63,148 nucleotides of DNA, filler included, from Chiloscyllium plagiosum (GCF_004010195.1; 6 parts of one record of this genome joined end to end with filler, not necessarily neighbours in it), one strand, 5' to 3'; shown: positions 24,396 to 37,650, numbered from the whole stretch's first letter. The notes: generated by a model not told the origin, from the letters alone. Made by a program: numbers and translations.

Positions 24396-24476
24396 CCGAT
24401 TAACCCTCTGTATGGCACTGCTGGGGAGTGCTGCCAGGGTCCTGTAATCCATTTTCAGTGGCTCTGTGCTGAAATT
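24396..24476 (-). CDS. SCRIB: Scribble-like exon (NFSTEPLKMDYRTLAALPSSAIQRVNR)
   Basis: Acceptor tttattgcttacag, donor gtaggt, 81 nt, phase 0-0. Matches the recalled SCRIB motif PLKLDYRALAAVPS...VQRV. Confidence 0.9.
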
Positions 24477-24949
24477 CTGTAAGCAATAAAGACAGCACTT
24501 TAACATGAGACAAGACAGCAGAATCCAGGAGAGCTCACTCAACCTGCAACTCCCTCTGGTGGAAGGGCCAATGTTTACAAGAAACAGAGAGAGCTTCACC
24601 TTAGTTCAACTTCAAAGAACAAATTACTTAACACGAACTCCCAAAGTTGATCTAGAAGGGGGTCCCCGAACCCCACCCCCTCCCCGCCAAAAGGGGGTCC
24701 CTGAAACCCCCTCACAGTGGGCCCTGAACCCTCATGGCTATCCCATGGACAGGAATCTCTGAACCAGACCCTGGTCAAGGAACGCCCAATCCCACAATCC
24801 CTCCATCTTTAACTAACTACAAATTTAAGTACGAGCCCAAAAAGGAGATTGTTATTGAAAAAGTCATAAGATACAGACTCTCACTCAATCACAAACCCAC
24901 TCACTCAGTGAGCCTCAATGCAGCCTCTCTCCCTCCATTGTGTGCTCAC

Positions 24950-25006
24950 CTCAGTTTCTCGCTCCAATCTCTGTGTTGCTTCTTCTTGCTCCCTTCGCAT
25001 TCTCTC
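24950..25006 (-). CDS. SCRIB: Scribble-like exon (ERMRREQEEATQRLERETE)
   Basis: Acceptor ttggctttaaaag, donor gtgagc, 57 nt, phase 0-0. Resembles the recalled fish Scribble segment ERMRLEREEATRLLEEETE. Confidence 0.85.
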
Positions 25007-26147
25007 CTTTTAAAGCCAAAGGGACAACAGAGTTAAAGACAGCACAGCACAAACCAGCACACGGCACAGCACAGACAGGCCAAACACAGAAACCATCTAT
25101 TCTCATCTCCATCCACAGTTCCGTACCCCCATCAGCAAGGTCAGAAATAACTCCACCAGACGTGTCACTCCATTAGCAATGAGAGAACCACTGGAGTGGA
25201 TTCAGGCCATTCAGCCCCTCACATACTCTGATCGAGCTAGCCTTCAGTTACGTTTACCTACCTCTCCTCTGATATCCTTACCAGCAAACCCCTGCTGGGG
25301 TCCAGACTGAAATCTCAGTTAGCCCCCACTGTTTACTATGGAGGTGTAATGTCAAAACTGGCATTCTCCCCGTGAGGAGAAATCCTGCCTGGCATTCTCC
25401 CCGTGAGGAGAAATCCTGCCTGGCTTCACCCCTGACAGCTCTCCCCCCACGTCTCGCAGCAGTGCTGGAGAAGAAGATTTCTTTATTCCTATTTCCTTCA
25501 ATGGCTTTTAGTGGTTTGTGGTCATGCATTAAACTTTCTTTCCTGGACCACACCTCCAAGTCTCTCACCACTGAGAGAATAGCCAGGTTGCTTGGTGTGG
25601 TCTATCTCCAGGGTAAGTTTCGCCAGCTGCAGACTCCTCGAACACAATTTCTCTTCCTTTGTAACAACCATGTCCCAATTGACACACATCACTGTGTCTT
25701 TCCTTGATCCACAATGAACGGATGGGGGTGCATGGTTCAGTCTCAAAATTTGCATATGACACATTTGGAAGTGCTGGGACCTGTGAGGAGCAGAGGGTAG
25801 AACACAGCTGCTCAGGTATTTCCCCGTTGTGAGCTGACTTTGAAGCCTGAAGCTTGGTGTGCCCCCTCAGCATGAACTGAGAGCACAGAGATCTGTTCCA
25901 AAACACTCTCAGCTCCACGGTGGCCACTCCTCCCTCAGAGTACACAGCCCCAAACACTCAACACAAGAAGCCCTGACGTAGAACAGCAAGAGAAGGTAGA
26001 CAGGAACATAGACAATAAACAGTACAATCTAAAGAAGTGCAGGAGCAGAGGGCTCTGGGGTTATATTCAAGGTGACAGGGCAGGGCGGGAAGGTGGGATA
26101 TGGGATACTGGACTCTAAATTAATGCATAGAGAGCAAGTGAAAGCAA

Positions 26148-26432
26148 TGGAGAGAGGAGAGGGAGAGAGAGGAGAGGGAGAGAGAGGAGAGGGAGAGAGA
26201 GGAGAGGGAGAGAGAGGAGAGGGAGAGAGAGGAGAGGGAGAGAGAGGAGAGGGAGAGAGAGGAGAGGGAGAGAGAGGAGAGGGAGAGAGAGGAGAGGGAG
26301 AGAGAGGAGAGGGAGAGAGAGGAGAGAGAAAGAGAAACAGACAGAGAGAGAGAGAGAAACAGAGAGATAGAGAGACAGACACAGACAGAGATAGAGAGAG
26401 AGACACAGAGATAGAGACAGAAGGGAGAGAGA
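26148..26432. repeat. 15-bp polypurine tandem repeat grading into GA/GACA microsatellite
   Basis: (gagagaggagaggga)n. Confidence 0.9.
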
Positions 26433-26488
26433 AAGAACAAAATGAATCACTAGAAAGACTCTGGGGTGAGGAATTTAAGTAGAGATTA

Positions 26489-26830
26489 GGGACGGCATGG
26501 TGGCTCAGTGGTTAGCACTACTGCCTCCCAGCACCAGGGGCCCGGATTCGATTCCAGCCTCAGGCGACTGACTGTATGGAGTTTGCACATTCTCCCAGTG
26601 CCTGCGTGGGTTTCCTCCTGGTGCTCCGGTTTCCTCCCACAGTCCAAAGATGTGCAGGTTAGATGAATTGGCCATGCTAAATTGCCCGTAGTGTTCAGGG
26701 ATGTGTAGGTTAGGTGTATTAGTCAGGAGCAAATGTTGGGGGATGAGTTTGGTTGGGATACTCTTTGGAGGGTCTGTGTGGCCTTGTTGAACCGAAGGGC
26801 CTGTTTCTGCATTGTAGGGAATCTATAGAT
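26489..26830 (+). mobile_element. HE1-type tRNA-derived V-SINE
   Basis: A/B-box head tggctcagtggttagcact...ggattcgattcc, V-domain tgcgtgggtttcctcc.ggtgctccggtttcctcccacagtccaaagatgtgcagg, CR1-like tail. Confidence 0.85.
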
Positions 26831-27357
26831 TGAAGAGGTACAATGCAGAGAATAGAAAAGAATCGATCAAGGTGTTCAAAATCATGAGGGGTTGGATAGA
26901 GTGAACAGGGAGACAATGCCATTGATGGAAGGACTGATCGCCGAGGTCATAGGTTGAAGGTGATTGGCTAAGGACACAAAGGCAAGACAAAAGCGGATGC
27001 TTTTATGCAGCACGGGGCTAGGATCTGGAACATGCCACCTCAGCATACTGCTGAGGCTCTGTCCGTTTCTTTTTCTTTGTAGATAATGGATAACACCACA
27101 AAGAAAAAAAACAGCGCACAACTCCAGGGAAAAGTGGATGTGGGACTTGCTAAACAGATCCTGCAGAGAGCCTGCACAGGTGCGCAGGACTGACTGGTCT
27201 CACTTTGGGCTCTTAACGCTCGAGTTTTTCTGTGGTGACTGTTCCGATACGTTTCTTCACAACAAATTTAAAACTGTTTCAGACAGCTTGCTGACAGAGT
27301 AAGCAGAACAAGGCTATCACACATAGTCTTTTTTGGTTGTAGAGTCCCTACAGTGTG

Positions 27358-28395
27358 GAATGAAGCACTGGTGGTGTAGCCCGCTTCCTATTTATATATT
27401 TGAGTTTCCGAGGGTTGGCGATGTCATTTCCTGTGGTGACATCATTTCCGGTTCTTTTTCCCAGGTGGTGGTAAATGGGGTCCGAGAGTTACGGCGGGAA
27501 TGCCATGCTTCTAGGAATTCTCATGCGTGTCTCTGTTTGGCTTGTCCTATGATGGATGTGTTGTCCCAGTGGAAGTGGTGTCCTTCCTCATCCGTATGTG
27601 AGGATACTAGTGAGAGGGGGTCATGTCGTTTTGCGGCTAGTTGATGTTCATGTTTCCTCGTGGTTAGTTTTCTGCCCGTTTGTTACAGTCCTTGCATGGT
27701 ATTTTGTAAATGACATTAGTTTTGCTTGTTGTCTGTATAGGGTCTTGCAAGTTCATTAGCTGCTGTTTTCGTGTGTTGGTGGCTTTGTGGGCTACCATGA
27801 TGCCAAAGGGTCTGAGTAGTCTGGCAGTCATTTCCGAGGTGTCTTTGATGTCGGGGAGAGTGGCTCGTGTTTCTGGTCGTGTTTTGCCTGCTTGTTTGGG
27901 TTTGTTGCTGAGAAATCGGCGGACTGTGTTCATTGGGCACCCGTTCTTTTTGAATACACGGTACAGGTGATTTTCCTCTGCTCTGCATAGTCCCTCTGTG
28001 CTGCAGTGTGTGTTGGCTCGTTGAAATAACGTTCTGATGCAGCTTCTTTTGCGGGTGTTGGGATGATTGTTTCTGTAGTTCAATATTTGGTCCGTATGTG
28101 TTGTTTTCCTGTAGATGTTGGTTTGATGTTCCCCATTGGCTATTTGCTCTACTGTGACAGCTAGGAATGGCAGTTTGTTGTTGTTTTCCTCCTCTTTAGT
28201 GAATTTTATGTATTGATGGTCTTGAAGGTTTCCTCTAATTTGCTTTGTATAGTGATGACAAAGGTGTCATCCACGTAGCAGATCCAAACACCATCAGTGC
28301 TTCATCCAGACGCTCACTGAAGATGTTACCTAGTATGGTGACGAAATGTCTGAAAACAAACCTTCCAGCCCAATGAGCAAATCTACATCCATCAT
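27358..28395 (-). mobile_element. Penelope-like element fragment (RT C-terminus plus GIY-YIG) with inverted terminal repeat
   Basis: ORF 27664-28083 LNYRNNHPNTRKRSCIRTLFQRA...TNVIYKIPCKDCNK; plus-strand terminal segment with a hammerhead core at 28317-28350. Confidence 0.85.
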
Positions 28396-28469
28396 AACCA
28401 TTGTCATGACTGAATATAGCAGGACTGCAGAGCTCAGATCTTACAATCCACTGACTGGCACAGAGTAGT

Positions 28470-28930
28470 CCTCTGTTGCTCTTTCATCAATTGGACAGAT
28501 CTTTTTGAGGTGTGCCTATGCTGCTCCTGGCAGGCCCTCCTGCACTCTGCACTGAACCAGGGTCGATCTCCTGGCTTGATGGTAATGGTTGAGTGGGGGA
28601 TATGCCGGGCCAAGAGGTTACAGATTGTGCTGGAGTCTAGTTCTGCTGCTGTTGATGGCCCACAGTGCCTCCGGGATGCCCAGTGTGAAGTTGCTGGATC
28701 AGTTTGAAGTCTGACCCATTTAGCACAGTGATAGTGCCACACAACATGATGGACGGCATTCTCAATGTGAAGGTGGGACTTTGTCTCCACAAGGACTGTG
28801 TGGTGGTCACTCTCACCGATACGGTCATGGACAGATGCATCTGCAGCTGGCAGATTGGTAAGGATAAGGTCAAGTGTGTTTTTCCCTCTTGTTGGTTCCC
28901 TCACCACATGCTGCAGACCCAGTCTAGCAG
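28470..28930 (-). mobile_element. CR1/L2-group LINE ORF2 fragment (end of endonuclease domain)
   Basis: VREPTRGKNTLDLILTN...IGESDHHTV...KPGDRPWF. Confidence 0.8.
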
Positions 28931-28984
28931 CTCTGAACCTGTCTCTCCAGAACATTACCTGGGTCTCTGGATTAACAGTTATTA

Positions 28985-31235
28985 GAAAAGTGATTGAGTT
29001 TCGGAATCATGATGACATGCTGCAGCTGTACAAAACTCTGGTTACGGCATTTGAGGTTGTTAAGAAAGCATATGGTGTTTTGGCTTTCATTAACAGGGAG
29101 ATCGAATTTAAGAGCCGTGAGGTTTTGCTGCAGCTCTACAAGTCCCTGGTGAGACCACACTTGGAATATTGTGCCCAGTTCTGGTCGCGCTACTATAGGA
29201 AAGATATGGAGGCTTTGGTTTACCAGGATGTTGTCTGGACTGGAGGGCTTGTCTTACGAAGAGAGGTTGACTAAGCTCAGAGTTTTCTCTCTGGAGAGGA
29301 GGAGGAAGAGAGGAGACCTGATCGAGGTATACAAGGTAATGAGAGGCATGGATAGAGTCAATAGTCAGAGACTTTTCCCCAGGGCAGGATGGACTGCTAC
29401 TAGGAGTCATAGTTTTAAGATATTAGGAGAAAGGTATAGAGGGGACGTCAGAGGAAGGTTCTTTATGCAGAGAGTTGTGAATGCATGGAATGCGTTGCCA
29501 GCAGTGATGGTGGAAGCAGAATCATTGGGGACATTTAAGCGACTGCTGGACATGCACATGGATAGCAGTGAGTTGAGGGGTGAGTCGGTTAGATTATTGT
29601 ATTTTAAATTAGGAATAATCCTTGGCACAATGTCATGGGCCAAAGGACCTTGTTCTGTGCTTTACTTTTCTACGTTCTATTATAGGAAAGATGTGGAAGC
29701 TTTGGAAAGGGTTCAAGGGAGATTTACCAGGATGTTGCGTGGTATGGAGGGAAAGTCTTACAAGGAAAGGCTGAGGGACCTGAGGCTGTTTCCGTTGGAG
29801 GTGGTGGTTGAGAGGTGATTTAATTAAGACATATAAGATAATCAGAGGGTTAGATAGGGTGGACAGCGAGAGCCGTTTTCCTCAGATGGTAATGGCTAGC
29901 ATGAGGGGACATAGCTTTAAATTGAGGGGTGATAGATATAGGGCAGATGTCAGAGGTGGTTTCTTTACTCAGAGTAGTAGGGGCGTGGGACACACAGCCT
30001 GCAGCAGTAGTAGACTCACCAACTTTAAGGACATTTAAATGGTTATTGGATGGACATATGGACAAGAATGGAATAGTGTAGGTTAGATGGGCTTCAGATT
30101 GGTTTCCCAAGTGTCTGTACTGTGTTCTATGTTCAATGACCTGATGGGACCTATCCCAGAATGCTGCGGGAGGCAATGGGGGAATTGCTGTGACCTTGTA
30201 TGGAATCTTTATGTTCTCTTTAGTCACGGGAGAGGTCCCAGAAGACCGGAGTATAGCTAACGTTGTTCCTTTTTTTGAGGAGGACACCGGGGATAATCTG
30301 AGAAATTCCAGGCCAGTGACCCTGACGTCAGTGATAGGGAAGCTGCTGGAAAAGCTTCTTAGGGAGAGGATTGACTCACATTTGGAAAACTATGGACTTA
30401 TTAGTGATAGGCACCACGGTTTTATATAGGGAAGGTCATGTCTCACAAACTTGATTGAGGTTTTTGATTAAGTGACAAACATGATTGACAAGGACAGAGA
30501 GTAAGTTGTTGTCTGTATGGATGTTTGACAAGTCCCTCATGGTTGGCTGATTCAGAGAGTGAAGTCAAATAGGATCCATGGTGAACTCTTAAGATGGACG
30601 TCAACCTGGTCTAGTCACAGATGACAGAGTAATGATGGAAGGGTGTGTTTCTGACCAGTGGTGTTCCAGAGGGATCAGTGCTGGAACCCCTGTTGATTGT
30701 AATATATATGAAAATGATTTGGAGGAGAATATAGATGGGTCTTATTGGTAAGTTTGCAAATGATACAGGTACATATTTATCAAGGAACACACAGTAGCTC
30801 TATACTCAGTGCCCTGACTGATGAAGGCCAATGTGCCAAAAGCCTTCCTCACTGCCCTGTCTACCTGGGACTCCACTTTCAGAGAACCATGCACCTGAAC
30901 TCCAAGGTCCCTCTGTTCCACTACACTCCTTAAGGCCCTACCATTCACCATGAAACTCCTACCTTGATCTGACTTTCCAAAATGCAAGACCTCACACTTA
31001 TCTTTATTAAACTCCATTTGCCATTTCTTGGCCACTTCTCCAGATTTCCCCCATTGCAATTTCTGACAACCTTCCTCACTGTCCACAATACTGCCTATTG
31101 TAGTGACATCAGCAAACTTACTAATCCTGCCTTGTACATTCTCATCCACATCATTGATATCAATAACAGACAGCAATGGGCCCAGCACTGACCCCTGAGG
31201 TACTCCACTGGTCACAGGCCTCCAGTCCAACAAGC
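28985..31235. mobile_element. Cluster of CR1 fragments
   Basis: Multiple RT and C-terminal motifs; + strand 28985-30760, - strand 30795-31235. Confidence 0.85.
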
Positions 31236-31917
31236 AACAATGTGACTGACAGTTCTCTGCTGTTCCCTAATCTCCGTCTAAATCCTTTGGAAGAATCTGG
31301 TTGGATTCCTCCCATACCGCTCGGAGAGAACACGAGCAGCTGCTCGCTTCAAACTGCTACACTCTCAGATCCCTGAAATTCTCCAGTTTTTTTTATGATA
31401 GGGACTTGAAAGAGTTATGATAGCTGTGATCTCTGGGCGCAGAAAATCCTGTAACCTGGCAGCTGATGGCTAAATGCCAGGGCTAAAACCAGCAAGATCA
31501 TCAGGGAAGAGGCACTGTCCATTCTCCAAGTTTGCCTGTAAATGGCATCAAGCATGGAGGGAGCAGCTCCAAATCAAGGCAGTGGCTGAACCACCCAGCC
31601 AGGCCCCAGGCAGTCATTCCAAAGGCAGCATGGCTGAGGGAGGCACTCCTTATCATGTATACCATTCCAATGTGTCTGACAGGCACTACTCACCCAGGCC
31701 CCAGTCTACAACCCCCAGTTACACACCACCATCACCAGCAGCGCACACACACGTACCCCCGAACCTTGCCTAGCCAATCCGAAGCACTGCCTGTCAGTGC
31801 AAATCAAAGCCTTACCACTAAAAGTGGATGAGGAGCAGGAATCAGATATTCAGCCCTTGGAGGCTGCTCGGACTTTCATGAAGGATATGGTTGATCTGGA
31901 ACGACAGGACATCACTA

Positions 31918-32049
31918 GGAGATAGTGAGGACTGCAGATAGTGGACAAGTCAGGGTCAATAAAGTGTGGTGCTGGAAAAGCACAGCAGGTCAGGCAGTAT
32001 CCGAGGAGCAGGAGAATCCACGTTTTGGGCATTAGCCCTTCATCAGGAA
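31918..32049 (-). mobile_element. Arm of the hammerhead-bearing Penelope-derived family, running toward a gap
   Basis: ggagatagtgaggactgcagat...ctggaaaagcacagcaggtcaggcag...gcccttcatcaggaa. Confidence 0.7.
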
Positions 32050-32229
32050 CGTGGGGATGAGGGGGGGGGGGGGGGGGGGAGAGAAAGAAGGGGGCNNNNN
32101 NNNNNNNNNNNNNNNNNNNNNNNNNNNNNNNNNNNNNNNTTAATTAATTAANNNNNNNNNNNNNNNNNNNNNNNNNNNNNNNNNNNNNNNNNNNNACATT
32201 CTGACATTTTCACAATTAAAAAAACACAG

Positions 32230-33215
32230 AATCTGGGTGTCACTGGCTGGGCCCAGCATTTATTGCCCGTCCCTAGTTGCCCCCTTGAGAAGGTGGGGGT
32301 GAGCTGTCTTCTTGAATCGCTGCAATCCATGTGCTGAGGGTTGACCCACAATGTCCCTGAGAGAGGGAATTCCAGGATTCTGACCCAGTGACACTGAAGG
32401 AACGGCGATATATTTCCCAGTCAGGACGGGGAGTAGCTCGGAGGGGAACCTGCAGGGGGTGGTGTTCCCATGTATCTGCGGCCCTTGTCCTTCTAGATGG
32501 AAGTGGTCGTGGGTTTGGAAGGTGCTGAGGATCTTTGGTGAGTTTCTGCCGTGCATCTTGTAGAGAGTACACATTGCTGCTACTGAGCGTTGGTGGTGGA
32601 GGGAGTGGATGTGGTGCCAATCATGCGGCTGCCTTGTCCTGGATGGTGTCAAGCTTCTTGAATATCATTGGATCTGCCCCCATCCAGGCAAGTGGGGAGT
32701 ATTCCATCACACTCCTGACCTGTGCCTTGTAGATGGTGGACAGGCTTTGGGGAGTCAGGAGGTGAGTTACTCACTGCAAACGTTTAAGCTTCTGACTCAG
32801 TCCTGTAGCCACTATTTCAATGCTGAATTCAGCTGAGTTTCTGGTTATGTTAGCCCTCAGGACGTTGATAGTGGGAGATTCAATGATGATTATTGCATTG
32901 ATTGTCAAGGAACGTTAGTTAGATTCTCTCTTGTCATTAACAGATATTGCTTGGCATTTGAAGGGCATAAAAGTTACTTGCCACTGTTCAGCTCAAGTCT
33001 CAATATTGTCCCGATCCTGTGGCATTTAAACTTGCATTCTTCAGTATCTGAGTCATCGCGAAAGGTGCTGAACATTGTGTAATCATCAGTGAACATCCCC
33101 ACTTCTGACCTTATAATGGAGGGAAGGTCATTGATGAAGCAGCTGAAGATGGTTGGGCCTACCATGAGGGACTCCTGCAGAGGTGTCCTGGAGCTGAGAT
33201 GACTGATCTCAAGCC
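32230..33215 (-). mobile_element. CR1/L2-group LINE 3' portion
   Basis: GPTIFSCFINDLPSIIRSEVGMFTDD; HSLHHQRSVAAMCTLYKMH...GLQRFKKTAHPHLL; tail gggcaataaatgctgg. Confidence 0.8.
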
Positions 33216-34271
33216 ACCATAACCATTGAAACAACAAACTGTGGATGCTGGAAATCTAAAACAAAAACAGAAGTTGCTGGAGAAACCCAGCAGGTCTGGC
33301 AGTATTTGTGGAGAGAAAGCAGAGTTAACATTTCGAACCGAGTGGCCCTTCTTCAGAACTGAAGGTTGCCCACTCTGAAACAATCCTGCTCCTCTCTCCC
33401 ACAGGATCTCCTTTCAAATCATTCTTCCTGTTCATGTCGATGTTCCTAGTATTTCATTTGGTATTTGCCAAAGCTGATTTCCACAGTGACATCTCATTCC
33501 TCAGCGATGTCCCCAGCTCAGACTCAACCAATATGGATTCCAACTTCAGTTTCATCCTTTCCGTTTCAAATTCACTCAGGTTCACAGGTATTGCAGTTCA
33601 ACATTCCTCAACACATCCTGAGATCCACTTGGTGCTATCACGTACACACTCTCTCAGAGTTGGCCTACCCCCAAAATATAACCATCTTCCTTTGTGTCAG
33701 TATGAGTGCAACCAGGAAGGATTGTCTCTGATTCCCACACTGACTCCCATGGTGCTGGGGCTCTATGGTGTCACATTACCTCACCTCTGGAATTCAGCTC
33801 TTTGCTCCATGTTTGGACCAAGTAACAAGGTCAGGAGTAGAGTGGTCCTGGGCAGAACCACTGAGCAGCTTATCGCTGAGTTAGTGCATCATGGACAGAT
33901 GCATTTGCGGCTGGCAGATTAATAAGGATACGGTCAAGTATGTTTTTCCCTCTTGTTGGTTTCCTTCCCACCTACCACAGACCCCAGTCTAGCAGCTCTG
34001 CCCTTCAGGACCCAACCAGCTCCATCAGTAACACCGCAGCCGAGCCACTCCTGGTGATAAACTCTGAAGACATCAGCTCGCTGAAGTCTGGGTGGAATGG
34101 ATGAGGAGGGGCAGTGTGGTTGTCAGCAGGACTTCTCCTTAGCTATGTTTAACCTGATGCGAAGAGACTCCCCACATCACTCAATGATGCCTGACAGTTA
34201 ATGACTGAACTCTGTTTACACAAGAACAGAAGAATATAAGAGACAGGAGGAGGAGGCTGATCTTTTCATGG

Positions 34272-34366
34272 AGTCGAGAATGTGGTGCTGGAAAAACACA
34301 GCAGGTCAGACCGCATCTCAGGAGCAGGAGGAATGACGTTTCAGGCATAAGCCCTTCATCAGGAAG
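34272..34366 (-). mobile_element. Single-arm copy of the family with perfect TSD
   Basis: TSD gatcttttcatgg at 34259-34271 and 34367-34379; minus-strand core CUGAUGA-AGGGC-uuau-GCCU-GAAA-CG-UC. Confidence 0.8.
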
Positions 34367-34379
34367 GATCTTTTCATGG

Positions 34380-37300
34380 CCTCCGCTCCACTTACCCGGC
34401 CTCTCACCATAATCCCTAATTCCTTTACTGTTCAAAAATCTATCCAGCTTAGCCTAAAACATTTCCTGGAGTAGTGTCAACCACTTCCCTGGGCAGGGAA
34501 TTCCATCAATTCACAACCCTCTGGGTGAAGAAGTTCCTTCTCAGTTCAGTCCTAAATCTGCTCCCTCTAATTTGGAGGCTATATCCTCTTGTCCTAGTTT
34601 GACCTGCCAATGGAAACATCCTCTCTACTGCTATCTTATCTATTCCCTCCATAATTTTATATGCTTCTTTAAGATCCCCCTCATTCGTCTGAATTCTGAT
34701 GAATATAATCCTAGTTTACTCAGTGTCTCCTCATAAGCCAAGCCCCTCAGCTCCGGAATCAACCCAGTGAACCCCCTCTGCACCCCCTCCAGTGCCAGTA
34801 CATCCTTTCTCAAGTAAGGAGACCAAAACTGCACAGTACTCCAGGTGTGGCCTTGTACAGCTGTAATATAACCTCCCTGCTTTTAAACTCAATCTCAATA
34901 GCAATGAAGCACAAAATTCTATTTGCCTTCCTAATTACCTGCTCCACCTGCAAACCAACCCTCTGTGATTCACGTACGTTACAACTTCTTACCATTCAAG
35001 TAATAATCCTTTTCACTGTTACTCGGACCAAAATGGATGGTTTCTGCTCCACCTGCAAACCAACCCTCTGATTCACGTACGTTACAACTTCTTACCATTC
35101 AAGTAATAATCCTTTTCACTGTTACTCGGACCAAAATGGATGGTTTCACATTTATTAACATTGTATTCCATTCTGCCAGACCTTTGCCCACTCACTTAAA
35201 CTATCTGTGTTCCTTTGCGAAGTTTCACAATCCTCTGCACACTTTGCTCTGCCACTCACAGAGAGTCATAGAGATGTACAGCACGGAAACAGACCCTTCG
35301 GTCCAACCCGTCCATGCTGTCCAGATATCCCAACCCAATCTAGTCCCACCTGCCAGCGCCCGGGCCATATCCCTCCAAACCCTTCCTATTCATATACACA
35401 TCCAAATGTCTCTTAAATGTTGTCATTGTACCAGCCTCTACCACTTCCTCTGGCAGCTCATTCCATACACGTACCACCCTCTGTGTGAAAACTTTGCCCC
35501 TTAGGTCTCTTTTATATCTTTCCCCTCTCACCCTAAACCTATGCCCTCTAGTTCTGGACTCCCCGGACCTCAGGGAAAAGACATTGTCTATTTATCCTAT
35601 CCATGCCCCTCATAATTTTGTAAATCTCCATAAGGTCACCCCTCAGCCTCCGACGCTCCAGGGAAAACAGCCCCAGCCTGTTCAGCCTCTCCCTGTAGCT
35701 CAAATCCTCCAACCCTGGCAACATCCTTGTANNNNNNNNNNNNNNNNNNNNNNNNNNNNNNNNNNNNNNNNNNNNNNNNNNNNNNNNNNNNNNNNNNNNN
35801 NNNNNNNNNNNNNNNNNNNNNNNNNNNNNNNNNNNNNNNNNNNNNNNNNNNNNNNNNNNNNNNNNNNNNNNNNNNNNNNNNNNNNNNNNNNNNNNNNNNN
35901 NNNNNNNNNNNNNNNNNNNNNNNNNNNNNNNNNNNNNNNNNNNNNNNNNNNNNNNNNNNNNNNNNNNNNNNNNNNNNNNNNNNNNNNNNNNNNNNNNNNN
36001 NNNNNNNNNNNNNNNNNNNNNNNNNNNNNNNNNNNNNNNNNNNNNNNNNNNNNNNNNNNNNNNNNNNNNNNNNNNNNNNNNNNNNNNNNNNNNNNNNNNN
36101 NNNNNNNNNNNNNNNNNNNNNNNNNNNNNNNNNNNNNNNNNNNNNNNNNNNNNNNNNNNNNNNNNNNNNNNNNNNNNNNNNNNNNNNNNNNNNNNNNNNN
36201 NNNNNNNNNNNNNNNNNNNNNNNNNNNNNNNNNNNNNNNNNNNNNNNNNNNNNNNNNNNNNNNNNNNNNNNNCACTGGTCACAGGCCTCCAGTCTGAAAA
36301 ACAATCCTCCACCACCACCCTCTGTCTTCTACCTTTGAGCCAGTTCTGTATCCAAATGGCTAGTTCTCCCTATATTACATGAGATCTAGCCTTGCTAATC
36401 AGTCTCCCATGGGGAAACTTGTCGAACGCCTTACTGAATTCCATATAGATCACATCTACTGCTCTGCCCTCATCAATCTTCTTTGTTACTTCTTCAAAAA
36501 ATATAGTATATATCAAAAAGATATAGTATTTCTGCAAACTTTGACATCCTACATGTGGTCCCCATCTCAAAAACAACGATATAAATTGTGAATACTTGCA
36601 GTCCCAACACTGATCCCTGAAGCACATCACTAGTCACTGATTGCCAGCCAGGATAGTACTCATTTATCCCCACTCTTTGCTTCCTGTCAGTCAACCAATC
36701 CTCTAACCATGCCCATACTTTATCCATAATGCCATGCATCTGTATCTTATGCAGCAGCTTCTTATATGGCACCTTGTCGAAGGCCTTTTAGAAATCTAGG
36801 TACACCACATCTACTGGGTCCCTATTGTCCACCATGTTTATAATGTCTTCATAGAATCCCAGTAGGTTAGTGAAACATGACCTGCCCTTCACGAACCCAT
36901 GCTGCATCTTCCCAATGGGACAGTTTCTATTGAGATGCCCTGGTATTTCTTTCTTAATAATAGACTCAAGCAATTCCCCACGACAGAGGTTAAGTTAACC
37001 AGTGTATAATTCCCCATCTTTGTCTACCTCCCTGTTTAAACAGTGGGGTCTCATTTGCTGTTTTTAAATTTTAATCAAACAGGTCAACTGATCAGCCAAG
37101 GTATTTCTTTCGCAATGAAACAGCAAACGGCAGTCACCGGAGCAGCACGTGCAAATTCTCTCGGTTTGCAAATCATGGCACACTATATGCTAATGTACAC
37201 AAACACACTCCAGTGTCACCTTGGCTAATGCTGTGAAATACTGATTAGATTATTTCTTACTGCACATCATGCAACTCATAATGGGCTCAAGGTTGTCATG

Positions 37301-37650
37301 TCATAGAGATGTACAGCACGGAAACAGACCCTTCGGTCCAACCCGTCCATGCCGACCAGATATCCCAACCCAATCTAGTCCCACCTGCCAGCGCCCGGCC
37401 CATATCCCTCCAAACCCTTCCTATTCATATACCCATCCAAATGCCTCTTAAATGTTGCAATTGTACCAGCCTTCACCACTTCCTCTGGCAGCTCATTCCA
37501 TACACGCACCACCCTCTGTGTGAAAATGTTGCCCCTTCGATCTCTTTTATATCTTTCCCCTTTCACCCTAAACCTATGCCCTCTAGTTCTGGACTCCCCG
37601 ATCCCAGGGAAAAGACTTTGTCTATTTATCCTACCCATGCCCCTCAATTT
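34380..37650 (-). mobile_element. Nested CR1 fragments
   Basis: Several RT and 3' ORFs (34640-34995, 35340-35731, 36370-36973, 37375-37647). Confidence 0.85.
34939..35146 (+). repeat. ~104-bp tandem duplication within a CR1 remnant
   Basis: 34939-35043 and 35044-35146. Confidence 0.9.

Noticed and set aside
25570..25780. AG/GT-bounded open segment on the minus strand
   Set aside because: No Scribble similarity, and its phases do not fit the flanking phase-0 exons.
26029..26482. ERGEG and SPLSP repeat ORFs
   Set aside because: Translations of a purine tandem repeat, open in several frames on both strands.
26489..26570. tRNA-like A/B boxes (also at 43988, 57188, 40770)
   Set aside because: These are SINE heads continuing into the V-domain, not tRNA genes.
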